DNA of 64,000 bases from a candidate division WOR-3 bacterium (GTDB lineage: Bacteria; Hydrothermota; Tepidihabitantia; B3-TA06), in the NCBI GenBank assembly GCA_965649265.1, contig CBFGKC010000015.1:1-64000 (forward strand), given 5' to 3'. The position numbers were made by a program, and so were the translations under genes. This document shows, piece after piece, positions 1 to 10,051 of the stretch (position 1 is its first letter; every line of letters starts with the position of its first letter). Under the pieces are notes generated by a model that worked only from the letters and a program-made list of their open reading frames with translations, made no database searches and was not told where the DNA came from.

Positions 1-1270
1 GAACGTCTCCAAGTCCGATTTGCTCGAATATGCTGGCAAGGATACTTTCGTCGTACACAAATGCGGAAATTTCTCCGACTGGATAGTCGGGCCGCTCGTT
101 CCTTCCACCGGCTCACTCGTTACTTTCGAGCTGCGATATTATCCACCTGGTTTTATTCTCAGATTTCCCACAGCGGAAAGTTTTCCAGAGCTTCCTCCGT
201 TCGTCGAACAGCCAAAACTTTTCCTCGTTTTCCACGACTACGAAAAATGGGGAGAAAATCTCGGGTTCTCAAACGTTGCGGGCTTGAACCGCTTCATAAA
301 GGATGGTAAGGGCCCCGATCTCGTAAATATCTCAGAAGCGCAGCATGAGAAGAGCATCGCGCGAATCGCCGATAGGATATGCCAGACGCCTATATTACCG
401 CGAATGATACTCATCGCAGGCCCCTCGTCCGCAGGGAAAACCACTTTTTCAAAACGACTTGCGGTGCATTTGCGCGTGAACGGGCTGAAGCCGCTGCCTT
501 TGTCCGTCGACGATTACTTCCTCGACCGCTCGGAAACGCCGCTCGATGAGGATTACGAGCCCGATCTCGAGGGGCTCGAGGCAATCGATCTCACATTTTT
601 CAACCAGCAGCTCGTCCTTTTGCTCGAAGGCAAAACCGTTGACAGACCGCGATTTAACTTCGAGAAAGGACGCAGATACTTCGACGGCGAGCAAATGAAC
701 CTTGCGCCCGACGAAATCTTCATCATAGAGGGAATCCACGCGCTCAACCCCAATCTGACCGAGGCCGTTCCTAAGCATCTTAAATTCAAGATTTACGTCT
801 CCGCTCTCACGCAGCTTAACTATCATGACCAGCGCACGGTATCGACCTCTGACACTCGCAAGATCCGCCGCATTCTGCGCGACGCATCCTATCGCGGAAA
901 TCCCCCAACTACGACACTTGAACGCTGGCCAAAGGTGCGCAGGGGGGAGGAGCGAAACATCTTTCCCTATCAGGAGTCCGCGGACGATATGTTCAACTCA
1001 GCGCTCGTTTACGAATTGGCCGTCATGCGCGACCCGGCAATAAAGCTTCTTAAGGGTGTTAAAATAAAGGGTTTACGTGACGACGCACAGCACATGATGG
1101 AGCTTCTGGAACTCGTTTTGCCCATGCCGGGTGATTCGGTGCCTCCCACTTCCATTCTTCGCGAGTTCATCGGCGGCAGTGTCTTCTATAATGAATCGAA
1201 GGCTAAGTCGCACAAATCCGTGAAATCCGAGGGTAAGGGCCCGCAAAAGAACGGTCGTAACCACAAATAA
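1..1270 (+). CDS. Uridine/nucleoside kinase family protein with ThrRS-like N-terminal region (5' truncated by window edge)
   Basis: P-loop IAGPSSAGKTT, LSVDDYF, IIEGIHALN, RRILRD, GEERNIFPYQE and SILREFIGGS motifs of the long uridine kinase family. Confidence 0.85.
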   Translation, partial: NVSKSDLLEYAGKDTFVVHKCGNFSDWIVGPLVPSTGSLVTFELRYYPPGFILRFPTAESFPELPPFVEQPKLFLVFHDYEKWGENLGFSNVAGLNRFIKDGKGPDLVNISEAQHEKSIARIADRICQTPILPRMILIAGPSSAGKTTFSKRLAVHLRVNGLKPLPLSVDDYFLDRSETPLDEDYEPDLEGLEAIDLTFFNQQLVLLLEGKTVDRPRFNFEKGRRYFDGEQMNLAPDEIFIIEGIHALNPNLTEAVPKHLKFKIYVSALTQLNYHDQRTVSTSDTRKIRRILRDASYRGNPPTTTLERWPKVRRGEERNIFPYQESADDMFNSALVYELAVMRDPAIKLLKGVKIKGLRDDAQHMMELLELVLPMPGDSVPPTSILREFIGGSVFYNESKAKSHKSVKSEGKGPQKNGRNHK

Positions 1271-1617
1271 AATACACCCAGTAAAAATGCGAGGCATTTT
1301 TTGGGGGGGCCCGAGGTCGTGCCGTAAGTCTTTGTTTAGCATAGGCTTAGAGTTCACGCTGTCTTTTCCTGAAAGCCGTCAGAAGTGTTCTTTCATTAAA
1401 AAGTTGAACTTCAAACCGTTCTCAGGACGGTCGGGGTGGGAAAAGGGGGAAGTTTGACAACCAAGCGAGTATATTATTGAGGCAAACTTCCAAGCTGCCG
1501 CCGGGGTCCCCGCGACATGAAATGACGACGCTTGCGGAGTAACTGCGGAGCAGGCGTTTGGGGTGAAAACCGAGAGCTGGTTTAACCCAGCGCGTCAAAA
1601 ATGTGGATAACTAAGTA

Positions 1618-1661
1618 GGACAAAAGTGGGACAAAAGATGGTCAAAAGATGGACAAAACGG
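1618..1661. repeat. Four 11-bp-period GG(A/T)CAAAAG direct repeats; second copy at 12795-12838
   Basis: ggacaaaagtg-ggacaaaagat-ggtcaaaagat-ggacaaaacgg; near-identical block at 12795; single AAAAGTGGGACAAA units near 1754 and 1810. Confidence 0.8.
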
Positions 1662-1769
1662 CATATTTGCCTTCCAAAATGATCAATTTATAGGGGCAAA
1701 TTTAAAACCGCCACTCGGGGCGGTAGGTTTTCTTGGGGGTATTTTCGATGAAAAAAAGTGGGACAAATT

Positions 1770-1805
1770 GGGGTCCCCACGGATTTGCGATGCAAATTTG
1801 TGGGG
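1770..1805 (+). repeat. GGGGT-CCCC...GGGG hairpin element (dispersed family)
   Basis: GGGGT CCCCAC-GGATTTGC-GAT-GCAAATTT-GTGGGG. Other members at about 1276-1313, 7353-7388, 8287-8322, 12483-12520, 12583-12622, 14738-14775, 15063-15100, 16738-16773, 36077-36114, 36122-36159. Confidence 0.8.
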
Positions 1806-2245
1806 CAGAAAAAGTGGGACAAATACCGCCCCTAGGGGGGGCGGTTAGAAGTTTGACTTTCGATTTACTCCGGGAAGTCAAACTTCCGTTCCAAATGGGG
1901 GTCATCCTCGGCAAAACAAAGTATTCCTTTGGGGACCGGGACCTCCATATGCCGGTCATTGGCGAAAGTTTCTTCCGCAGGATGCAGCACCAAAGGGCGA
2001 ACGCAGGGAGCCATCTATTTTCGTCTTTACGAAAATGCTCCTTAGATGCCAGTCGAAATGCCCGGGTCGATCTGATACCCTATGGGATAAAGCTTATCCC
2101 AAGGGGCACGCTGTCCATCAAGGAGGGGGAACTATCGGTAATGCCCCCCTTAAGAAGGGGGGGGTACACTTGCGAGTCAGTGGATGTGTTACGTCCACTA
2201 GAAAGGCCGAAGGACTATCAGGATATGAAGGTGCCCTATGGGTAC

Positions 2246-2334
2246 GGGTGAGTGTGTTACGGGTGAGTGTATTACGGGTGAGTGTGTTACGGGTGAGTGT
2301 GTTACGGGGGGGTGTTACGGGTTACGGGTGTTAC
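2246..2334. repeat. 15-bp tandem repeat GGGTGAGTGTGTTAC x4 plus degenerate units
   Basis: Units at 2246, 2261, 2276 and 2291, then shortened GGG..TTAC units abutting the MFS stop codon. Confidence 0.9.
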
Positions 2335-3560
2335 GGGGTCGGGGTGGATGGAAGGGACGATTTCTTCTCCATCGGGAGTAAGACGAAGAAGTAGACGGCC
2401 GATGACAGGATGTAGGCGGCAACGGTCAAATTGAACGGCAGGAAGTATCCGATGTGCTGGATGAGCCAGCCGCCAAGGTTCGCGCTTATGCCCCACGAGG
2501 CGAGCCAGGCGACCGTCATGACGCCGGACATGAGAGGGTGGTCCTGCTCTTCCGTCATCTTTAAAGAGAAGTTGGTAACGAGGGGCTGAGCCATGTTCAT
2601 GAGCGTGGAACGCACGAGGAACGCGGCAACGGACACCCACACGTTGAGCATGAGCGAGAGGAGGTAAAGGAAGGGCACGGAGAGAAGCTGGAAGACGATA
2701 ACCGTCTTGATATTCCCCCAGCGTTCGGCAAGGTAAGGGGCGGCAAGGGTTCCCACGATCATGACCACCTGCGAAACGGAGAAGAGGATGCCCAAATCAG
2801 TAGAGGTCATGTGGAAGCGATCGGTGAAGTAGAGGTTGAGGAACGGGATGGAGAGCCCGGCGCCCAGCCCGACGAGTATGTGCGGGGTCGACAATAACAG
2901 GATGCGCGATATGGGCGTCTTTATGTGAAAGAAGTGTGCGCCCTGGTTGGTGACGACACGCTCGGTCTTGATCATTAAAAAGGGCACGACTGCGACGAAG
3001 GCGATGGCGACGTGCACGAGAAGGGATATCTTGTACCCGTCGATAATTTCTATTTTGAGTCCCTTGAGCAAGTCGGGAAGCGAGCCTGCGAGAAGGTTGC
3101 CCAGGATTCCGGAAACGAAACCTATGGCCGAGTTGATGCTGAAGAGGTAAGGACGCGCCTCCTCGGACGAACCCTTCATTATCATGGGCCCGCCTATCAC
3201 CCCCGAAAACGCGCCGAAGACTCCTGTCACGATCATCCCGAGCGCGATGTAGAGAAACTCTGGCCAGAGAATGATCACCACCGACCCCAACGTAACAAAG
3301 ACCATCGATACGAACATGATGAGCTTGAGGTTGAGCCGGCGGATGAGGAATGCGGCCGGGATGGTCATTGCCATTGTCGCCCAGGTCTTGTATGAAAGCC
3401 AGGAGCCGATGTCGGCCTCGCCGAACCCGAGCTTCTTGAGATAGACGTTCAATATCAACCCGAAGCCCGTGAACCCGAAGCCCATAAAGAAGCTGCCCGC
3501 GATGAGTAGCTTCACGTCCCTGGATGTGCTGCGGTAAGCTTCAAGACCTTTCACTAACAT
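2331..3560 (-). CDS. MFS transporter
   Basis: 409 aa with about 12 hydrophobic segments; LAERWGNIK resembles MFS motif A. Confidence 0.9.
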   Translation of the reverse strand: MLVKGLEAYRSTSRDVKLLIAGSFFMGFGFTGFGLILNVYLKKLGFGEADIGSWLSYKTWATMAMTIPAAFLIRRLNLKLIMFVSMVFVTLGSVVIILWPEFLYIALGMIVTGVFGAFSGVIGGPMIMKGSSEEARPYLFSINSAIGFVSGILGNLLAGSLPDLLKGLKIEIIDGYKISLLVHVAIAFVAVVPFLMIKTERVVTNQGAHFFHIKTPISRILLLSTPHILVGLGAGLSIPFLNLYFTDRFHMTSTDLGILFSVSQVVMIVGTLAAPYLAERWGNIKTVIVFQLLSVPFLYLLSLMLNVWVSVAAFLVRSTLMNMAQPLVTNFSLKMTEEQDHPLMSGVMTVAWLASWGISANLGGWLIQHIGYFLPFNLTVAAYILSSAVYFFVLLPMEKKSSLPSTPTP

Positions 3561-3694
3561 ATTTTCTCGGAAACTCTTCTATGTTACCGGGTTCGGTACT
3601 TCGTCTGGACCCTTTATCCTCGTGCACTTCATCGACTTAATTATACGCCGGGTGGTGATGAAATCAAATTGTCAGTTTTCCTCCTGCAATATCT

Positions 3695-3841
3695 CCTCCC
3701 CCTTGATGGGGGAGGGTGGGGTGGAGGTGTACGCCCTGGGATGAGCAGTACGTTCCATAGGAACGCTGGCCGAACAATGTTCGACCCATGCGTCCTCCGG
3801 ACGCTACCCCGCCCCCTTCCCCCTTCCGCCAAGGAGGGGGA
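3695..3841. repeat. Inverted doublet of GC-rich REP-like palindromes
   Basis: CCTCCCCCTTGATGGGGGAGG-GTGGGGTGGAGGTG (3695-3729) faces ACCCCGCCCCCTTCCCCCTTCCGCCAAGGAGGGGGA (3806-3841). Confidence 0.65.
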
Positions 3842-3850
3842 TTTAATACA

Positions 3851-4480
3851 TTACTTCGTAATTTCCTGGGGTAGATGTATTGTAAACTCGCAGGTCTCAT
3901 CACCTCTCAGCAAGGATTTCACGACCTCCACGCGCACGGGCTTGCCGACGATCCCCTCCCAGATGCCCACGAACCAGCCCGCGCTGCAGTAGCAGTAAGG
4001 CTCCGGGAAGGGAACCTGACCCTGCCTCACCAGAGGGCAGAAGCAAGCGGCCAGGCGGCGCTCCTCCTTGGTTGCGGCTTTCGCGTAGGCCTCGCGGTCG
4101 CGGGGGTCGCGCGTCTCGTAAATAACGTTCCCCTTTAGTTCCGAGGTCGCGAACTTCGAGCGGTCCTTCCTCATCGTCTCGAGGACCTTTTCCACGCTCC
4201 CTGTTTCCTCGAAAATCTTGCGATAGGAGAGGAGGGAGTCTTGCCCGAACTCGTCAGTGAACACACACGAGCAGCCCGTCAGTATCTTTTGCCGCGTCTC
4301 CAGGTCCGGAATGGCCGCCTCGAGCCTCTTCAAGGCATCCGCGAACCACTTCGCTCGCGCTGCCGCATCGGCATCCTTCAGGCATCCGGAACCGTCCATC
4401 ACGCGGTCGGCCGTATCCTTATCCGAAAACCTCTCAATCCCCCTCGCCCACTTCTCTGTTTTTTCTTCCAACCAATCCAT
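3851..4480 (-). CDS. Cys-rich DUF6144-like protein (V4R-like C-terminus)
   Basis: CSC...CFCP...YCYCSAGW...GKPVRVEVVKSLLRGDETCEFTIH; paralogue of 6567-7244. Confidence 0.7.
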   Translation of the reverse strand: MDWLEEKTEKWARGIERFSDKDTADRVMDGSGCLKDADAAARAKWFADALKRLEAAIPDLETRQKILTGCSCVFTDEFGQDSLLSYRKIFEETGSVEKVLETMRKDRSKFATSELKGNVIYETRDPRDREAYAKAATKEERRLAACFCPLVRQGQVPFPEPYCYCSAGWFVGIWEGIVGKPVRVEVVKSLLRGDETCEFTIHLPQEITK

Positions 4481-4512
4481 AAAATGCTCCTTTGCAATCC
4501 AGGCGTTGAATC

Positions 4513-4965
4513 TTAAGGTTTTTCTATTATCGGAAACTGGAGTTCTGTTACGTTTTCTGAAGGATCCTCGTTATTCTGAACAAGGTAAACCTCGCGAGAG
4601 GGAGCCCGGACGTGAATGTCGTTTGCGTTTATGTACTCGAACAGGCCGTTCCATGCGCCGTCCGCCTCGCCGGGTCCGCGGTAAACGGTGGTAACGAACT
4701 CGCCTCCGTCGAGGGTGCGAGTCGTGATATCACCAGCGTCCACCGGACCTGATACCGGCACGCATATCTCCAGGTCATCCTTGCCCTTCAGATGGCCGCT
4801 CGGGTAAAAAAGAACGAGGGGCTGCCCGTTTGACAACGACTTGACCTGATCCAGAAGCCGCTCGAGCTTTTCGGGAATCTCCTCAATCGTGCCGATGAAG
4901 CGCACACAAGCCACGAGCGTCTCGTCCACCTTCTTTCTCTCGACTTTCAAATCGGCATGAGACAT
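4513..4965 (-). CDS. GyrI-like small-molecule-binding domain protein
   Basis: LEICVPV, YRGP, REVYL, TELQFPI motifs. Start moved to the ATG at 4965, which has an AGGAGG RBS. Confidence 0.85.
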   Translation of the reverse strand: MSHADLKVERKKVDETLVACVRFIGTIEEIPEKLERLLDQVKSLSNGQPLVLFYPSGHLKGKDDLEICVPVSGPVDAGDITTRTLDGGEFVTTVYRGPGEADGAWNGLFEYINANDIHVRAPSREVYLVQNNEDPSENVTELQFPIIEKP

Positions 4966-4988
4966 GTTGTCCTCCTGGTTCGATTCGT

Positions 4989-5792
4989 TTATATCACGAG
5001 CCACGGAAAGTCTCCGTGTACCACCTCCACGGTCACCGCGTCCACACGTTTTACCCCATTGCCCGCGAGCGCACGCTCCGCGTATTTAGGGTCGGCATAT
5101 GTCGTGCGGCAGATGTAGGGGGCAGGCGTCCGGTACGGCTCTATTGTTGCTATCTTCGACATCGCGCGTTTCGCCGCGTCCCTTATGACCTCACGCGCCT
5201 TTTCCGGCGCCAGTGAGATTGCGGGAGCGACTTTAAATACGGGCACGGGATTGTCGGATAGCCCTTCCTTGACTGCGGCCGTCTCAAGACCCGCAACGAG
5301 CGCCTCGGCTTCCAGGCAGGCGGCCTTGTCGCCCGATATGAAAACGAAGGGTATGCCGTGGGAGCCTGCCAGAAAAGTGTTTGCCCATATCTCGCCGACG
5401 GGCATGTCGTTGACCGTGCACAATGTGATGTAGGGGTTGAAGCTGTGCGCGAGAACGGCCCGGGGGGTCCCGGCCATGGCGTGAAGACCCAACTGGAAGA
5501 GCGCGTCGAACGACGAGTCCATCCCCTGGGGTCCTCCGTCGCCCGAGCCCATCACCAGTTTGCATGCAGGATGCAGCAGCTCCACGTCCAGGCCTGCGGG
5601 AAAGTTGCAGTGCCCGTCCCAGGCAACTATCTCGCTCGCCCCGCCCTCGAGAGCCCCTTCGACAAGGGCGTTGAGTTCAAGCGTGGCAAGCCTGCGGGCC
5701 TGAAGGTAGTAGGGTCCCTCGAGACCGCACTGCTTGCGCATGTCTATTACGCCGGCCGTTCCCTCGAGGTCGCAAACGACGTAGATTTTCAT
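4989..5792 (-). CDS. dppA: M55 family D-aminopeptidase
   Basis: N-terminal DLEG, DGH, GLHA, LAHS, ISGD and AVKEGLS motifs of DppA. Confidence 0.9.
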   Translation of the reverse strand: MKIYVVCDLEGTAGVIDMRKQCGLEGPYYLQARRLATLELNALVEGALEGGASEIVAWDGHCNFPAGLDVELLHPACKLVMGSGDGGPQGMDSSFDALFQLGLHAMAGTPRAVLAHSFNPYITLCTVNDMPVGEIWANTFLAGSHGIPFVFISGDKAACLEAEALVAGLETAAVKEGLSDNPVPVFKVAPAISLAPEKAREVIRDAAKRAMSKIATIEPYRTPAPYICRTTYADPKYAERALAGNGVKRVDAVTVEVVHGDFPWLVI

Positions 5793-5850
5793 CTTCGTCC
5801 TCCGCCGATAAGGTGTTGTTCTTTTGATTGTGCATTAGTCTTTAACAAAG

Positions 5851-6570
5851 TCAAGCCTGTTTACGCAAGATGTAAAAAAGGTGTGTATACCTGACCAGTC
5901 TATGTCTGATCTCATACCTTTTTCTCTTCTCTTCCTCGGGATCATCGGCCGTATCCCAGTTCCGGAGCCACTCATCCAGGGTTACGTTCCTGACCCTTGA
6001 GATATCCGAGACCGTCAGAATCTCTTTTTTTACTATCTCCAGTTCGTCAAGATACTCTTCGGTTTCCTCCTCGGTGAATACACTGTGTACCGGTTCTTCA
6101 CCTTCGGCCTCGCACCAGTACTCCCCGCTTCCTCTTACACGTTCTCGACCCGCAAGGGGCCACGTGTTTTGCAGGATGAATCCAAGGAACAAATAGCCTC
6201 TTTTCCTTAGTACGCGTCTCATCTCACGGATGGCCTGCTTTATTTCTCCTTTTACCATGTGGCACATCGAGAATGATTCGTAACAGAAATCAAAGTACTC
6301 GTCCGGAAAGGGTATGTTTCGCATGTCAGACTCGCGAATATCGAGCTCCATTCCTTGATCGGCGACAAAATCCTTAGCCTCTTCTATCTGTTTGGCCGAT
6401 ATGTCGATACCGTAGCTTTCGAAACCGTGTTTCGTAAACAGAATCAGGGGTGGATACTTCCCGCCTGCGCCGCAGTCCAGAATCTTCTTACCCAGGGCGG
6501 GATCATCAACCTTCATGGTTATATAGCTAAGAAAAGAGTACAGAGGCGGTGGCCAGATAACGGTTTTCAC
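5851..6570 (-). CDS. Class I SAM-dependent methyltransferase
   Basis: ILDCGAGG, GIDIS, DMRNIPFPDEYFD, RVLRKRG. The GTG start overlaps the upstream stop (GTGA, 6567-6570). Confidence 0.85.
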   Translation of the reverse strand: MKTVIWPPPLYSFLSYITMKVDDPALGKKILDCGAGGKYPPLILFTKHGFESYGIDISAKQIEEAKDFVADQGMELDIRESDMRNIPFPDEYFDFCYESFSMCHMVKGEIKQAIREMRRVLRKRGYLFLGFILQNTWPLAGRERVRGSGEYWCEAEGEEPVHSVFTEEETEEYLDELEIVKKEILTVSDISRVRNVTLDEWLRNWDTADDPEEEKRKRYEIRHRLVRYTHLFYILRKQA

Positions 6571-7244
6571 GATTGGTATGGAGCCTCGTCTCGGGGTATA
6601 TGTACAACAAAGGTGCAGCGTTCGTCGCCCTTTACAATCGACTCGAACACCCTTACCTTCACTGGCTTTCCCAGTATGCCCTCCCACAGCATGCGGTCCC
6701 AGCCGATGCCGCAGTAGCAGAATGTTGGCGATATCTCCCCCCTCATCGCCTTGACGAACGTGCAGTGGCAGCAAGCGCTGCGTCGCTCCTCCGGGGTCTT
6801 TGCGTTCCTGAACGCCTCGGCGTCGAACGGCACCTTCGTCGTCACAATCGCTAACCCTTCGCGCTTCGTCGGACCGTAGGTAGAGCCGTCGCGAGCCATC
6901 CTCGCGAGGATATCGTCCACGGCCTTCGACTTGTCCGCTGATTTCTCGTAGAACTCCCGGAACTCCTCGATTCTCCACGAGGGAAACTCGCACGCAAGGC
7001 TCGTCATTATGTCCACGCGGGTATCCTCTTCCACCAGCTCATCCATCCGTGCAACGGCCTCTCTCATCCATTCCGTGATTTTATCCAGCTCTGCGTCGGG
7101 GAACAAGTCGTCGTAGCCCTCCATCAATTTATCCACGACTTCCGGCTTCGTGTTCCTTCTTATATAATACGCCCATTTCTTGAGTTTGTCCTCGAACCAC
7201 CAGTTCACGTGAGACCTCCTTGAGGTTTTGGCATTTTCCGTCAA
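6567..7244 (-). CDS. Cys-rich DUF6144-like protein, second paralogue
   Basis: ACEF...CCHC...FCYCGIGW...GKPVKVRVFESIVKGDERCTFVVH; upstream TTGACA(7327)-N16-TATCCT promoter. Confidence 0.7.
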   Translation of the reverse strand: MTENAKTSRRSHVNWWFEDKLKKWAYYIRRNTKPEVVDKLMEGYDDLFPDAELDKITEWMREAVARMDELVEEDTRVDIMTSLACEFPSWRIEEFREFYEKSADKSKAVDDILARMARDGSTYGPTKREGLAIVTTKVPFDAEAFRNAKTPEERRSACCHCTFVKAMRGEISPTFCYCGIGWDRMLWEGILGKPVKVRVFESIVKGDERCTFVVHIPRDEAPYQS

Positions 7245-7591
7245 GGTCCCGGAGGGTGATAAACCATCCTCCTTTGTTCTCGATTTCGACCACGAAAGAA
7301 GGATACTTGAGTTTACGTCCGTGTCAAGCCCTCCTCAGAATTCCTTCCTTTGCCTTAAAGAAATATTCTTTATTTCTTTGGGGACCCCGAGCCCTCCTTG
7401 GCCCTCCTCAGACCTCCTCAGAACCACCTTCCCAATACTCAATCAGGTTTTCCCGATAACGATAAAACCACTTCGCGGAATTAAGTTCCGCTTATGCGTC
7501 TTCAGGCGTTACCCCGTCCCTGGAGACTCCGAAGGAGAATACCACTCATGCCAGGGAGGGGGCTAACTTGTTGCCCTATATATAAAAAACG

Positions 7592-7617
7592 TGGGCCTGG
7601 TTAAAACCAGGCCCACC
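7592..7617 (-). terminator. Intrinsic terminator after secreted GyrI gene
   Basis: GTGGGCCTGG-TTAAAA-CCAGGCCCAC with an adjacent A-run (U-tract on the minus strand). Confidence 0.75.
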
Positions 7618-7638
7618 GCTTCTGGACATGGAGGGCGA

Positions 7639-8217
7639 TTAATCTTCTTTTTTTACAATCAGGGGAACCAGCAGCTCGGTCTGGTTCTTTGAGGGGTCCT
7701 TCTCGTCCCAAACTAGGTATATCTCGCGCACCGGCATTCCGGTCTCGAGCTTCTCGGCTTCGATATACCGGAAGAGCTTGCCCCACGATTCTGCGAGCCT
7801 TGAGTAGTCGCCGCTGTGAGTGTATGAAAGCATGGGGCCGCCCGGAAGAAGCCTGGTTGCCACGTCCTTCGTAGTTACCGTGTCCGATACCGGCACGCAG
7901 ACTTCCACGTCGTGAATCTCGGTCGTGCCGTCGTCATGATAGAGCCCGAACACCGGACCGGCGGCGAAACGGCCGGCGGCCTTCATGAGGGTCCCGATAT
8001 ATTTGCCCATGTCCTCGTACTTACCCTGGTAACGGACGGACGCAATGAGCACGTCGTCCACCTTTTTTTCGATCACTTTTATCGGGTTGGCCGCCGCGCT
8101 CGCTGAGGTTTCGGAAGGCGGCGTTGTGAGTGTTTCCGTTTCCGCGAGTGCGGTCGTGAAAAACGCGAGGAATACAACAGAAAACACCATGCCTATCCCG
8201 GATCTTTTATTGAACAT
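7639..8217 (-). CDS. Exported GyrI-like domain protein
   Basis: Signal peptide (TALA|ET); VEVCVPV, HSGDY, REIYL, TELLVPL motifs. Confidence 0.85.
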   Translation of the reverse strand: MFNKRSGIGMVFSVVFLAFFTTALAETETLTTPPSETSASAAANPIKVIEKKVDDVLIASVRYQGKYEDMGKYIGTLMKAAGRFAAGPVFGLYHDDGTTEIHDVEVCVPVSDTVTTKDVATRLLPGGPMLSYTHSGDYSRLAESWGKLFRYIEAEKLETGMPVREIYLVWDEKDPSKNQTELLVPLIVKKED

Positions 8218-8446
8218 GTGCACTCCTTAAGGTGAAGGTTTCCAACGAAGTATACCCAAGTTTACCTTGCTGTCAAGATCTCTTTGCCCCCAAAAGTCAC
8301 CTGGTGACTTTTGGGGGACCCCACCTTCCCTCATACTTCCTCACCAGGGAGGGGATCAAAAGGCGGACGGAAGTCCTTCATCCATATGTTTCAGTTTCGT
8401 TCGATTTGGATACCCGCAAAGGCACGCAGTGGCTTCGTGGAGCAGG

Positions 8447-9718
8447 TTATTCGAACAGGTTGTCGAGGGTGCAGTGAAGCGCTCCGTCGAGCGGCTGGCC
8501 TATTCCGTCGCCGTAAGTGAAGTAAAAATCACGATTGTCAGGCCTTATGAGCACCTTCATCACCGACCACCACGTTGAAACCGAATCCTCAAGTGCCCAG
8601 GCGCGTTCGGTCGAGACCGCGGGATCGGCCTCGAACTCCGCAAGAAGCTCCTCGTAGCGGTTGCACCCGGTCGGTTCGTACAACTTTCTGTGATGGTTGG
8701 TCGCGATCAAGTGCCCGGGTGCTATATCGGGTTCGTCTGCAGAGTATCTTATGGCCGTTGCGGTGTTGTTGGCCTCAATGACGAAGGCCGGGTTCGTCTG
8801 ATCCTGCGAGAGGGGGGAGGAGGGCCCGGCACAGTGGATTATATGTGTGCCGAATCGCGGATTTGTCTTGACGCAGGCGTAGACATCATCAGCGGTATGA
8901 TAGCCGTCACCGTTGGCGTCGGTCTCCAGTCCGCGGCGGATGGACCAGAGGATAGGAATAAACTTGCCCGATTCGTCCTCGAGAAGGTTGTAGTTGCCGA
9001 GGTTGTAGGAGGCGCAAATCCCGTCTTCGGAAAAACCCGAAAGACTGCCTATAAGGAACGGATAACCGAACGACACCCACCCGTGCTGCGATTCGTCTTC
9101 CGGGTCATAAACCACGATTATGGTGTTGTCCACGAGAATATCGGGGGCAGACCAGTCGAGTATCCGGCAGTACACCACGCCGCCTGCAAGCGCAGTGTCG
9201 GATTTTGTGGCGCTTCCCCATGCCGAAAGAGATGAGCACATCATGGATGAAGAGCCTAGAAAACCTGCAAAGTCGGGTACGAATTGGGCCACATAGAAGT
9301 CCGTAATGTCAAGTTCCCTTCCCAGCGTGGTCGATGTGGTTGACCACCCGGAGTCGGTCGCCAGCTGTTTCCAGCCGTCGAATAAGCCTCTGAGTTCATC
9401 CGCGTACAGGGTTTGAGTAACAGGGACACAATGATCGATTACGTAAGGCCTTATATTGATTTCATAGTTTTCGGGATAGCCGAAGTAATCGTAAACGAGG
9501 TATTCGTCAAACATCTGGAGGAAACTTTCACCCAGAAGATAGCCCTGCGCGTAGCCCATCTCGTAATTCGAACCCCAGACCGTCAGCATCTTGTAACCGG
9601 AAAAGACCTCCAGCCTTCCCTTCAACTCGGGTTCTGATTCCTTATGGCAGGAAACGGCGGTCGCAGTCAAAACCATAAAGGAAACGAGCATTACGACAGA
9701 CCTCATCGCTTTCTTCAC
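8447..9718 (-). CDS. C45/Ntn-hydrolase (acyltransferase/acid-ceramidase-like) lipoprotein
   Basis: Lipobox-like TAVS|C, YEMGYAQG, ELRG, putative nucleophile Cys in MMCSS, RILDW, ATNH. Confidence 0.75.
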   Translation of the reverse strand: MKKAMRSVVMLVSFMVLTATAVSCHKESEPELKGRLEVFSGYKMLTVWGSNYEMGYAQGYLLGESFLQMFDEYLVYDYFGYPENYEINIRPYVIDHCVPVTQTLYADELRGLFDGWKQLATDSGWSTTSTTLGRELDITDFYVAQFVPDFAGFLGSSSMMCSSLSAWGSATKSDTALAGGVVYCRILDWSAPDILVDNTIIVVYDPEDESQHGWVSFGYPFLIGSLSGFSEDGICASYNLGNYNLLEDESGKFIPILWSIRRGLETDANGDGYHTADDVYACVKTNPRFGTHIIHCAGPSSPLSQDQTNPAFVIEANNTATAIRYSADEPDIAPGHLIATNHHRKLYEPTGCNRYEELLAEFEADPAVSTERAWALEDSVSTWWSVMKVLIRPDNRDFYFTYGDGIGQPLDGALHCTLDNLFE

Positions 9719-10051
9719 AAATCCTCCAGTTTTAAAAAGACTACTTTTGTATAACCAGTATACCCTCGTCGCAATTCCCTGTCAAGGGTTTTTCCCAGCG
9801 CCCCCGGCGCTCGTCCTTGAGATATAGTTGTGGGATGGCGGAAGTGGAGCTTGCGCCCAGCGCCCCCGGCGCTCTTTATCCCAGGAAGCAGCTTTGCGTC
9901 TCCCCGGGGCATTTGCCGCTGCGCTCCGTCACGGGGACCTTGGAGATTTTCTTCGTGAGCGGTTAAGAAGTTTGACCGCTAATAAATTCCTGGATCAAAC
10001 CCTTCTGAACCACGCTTCACGTCCCCCTAACTTTTTTGGGAGGGGAGGGGG

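Noticed and set aside
1733-2251. 172-aa ORF in the first intergenic region
   Set aside because: It runs through several palindromic repeats, has no recognisable domain or RBS, and is probably spurious or a remnant.
2246-2334. Possible CRISPR array
   Set aside because: The repeats are contiguous with no unique spacers, and no cas genes are present.
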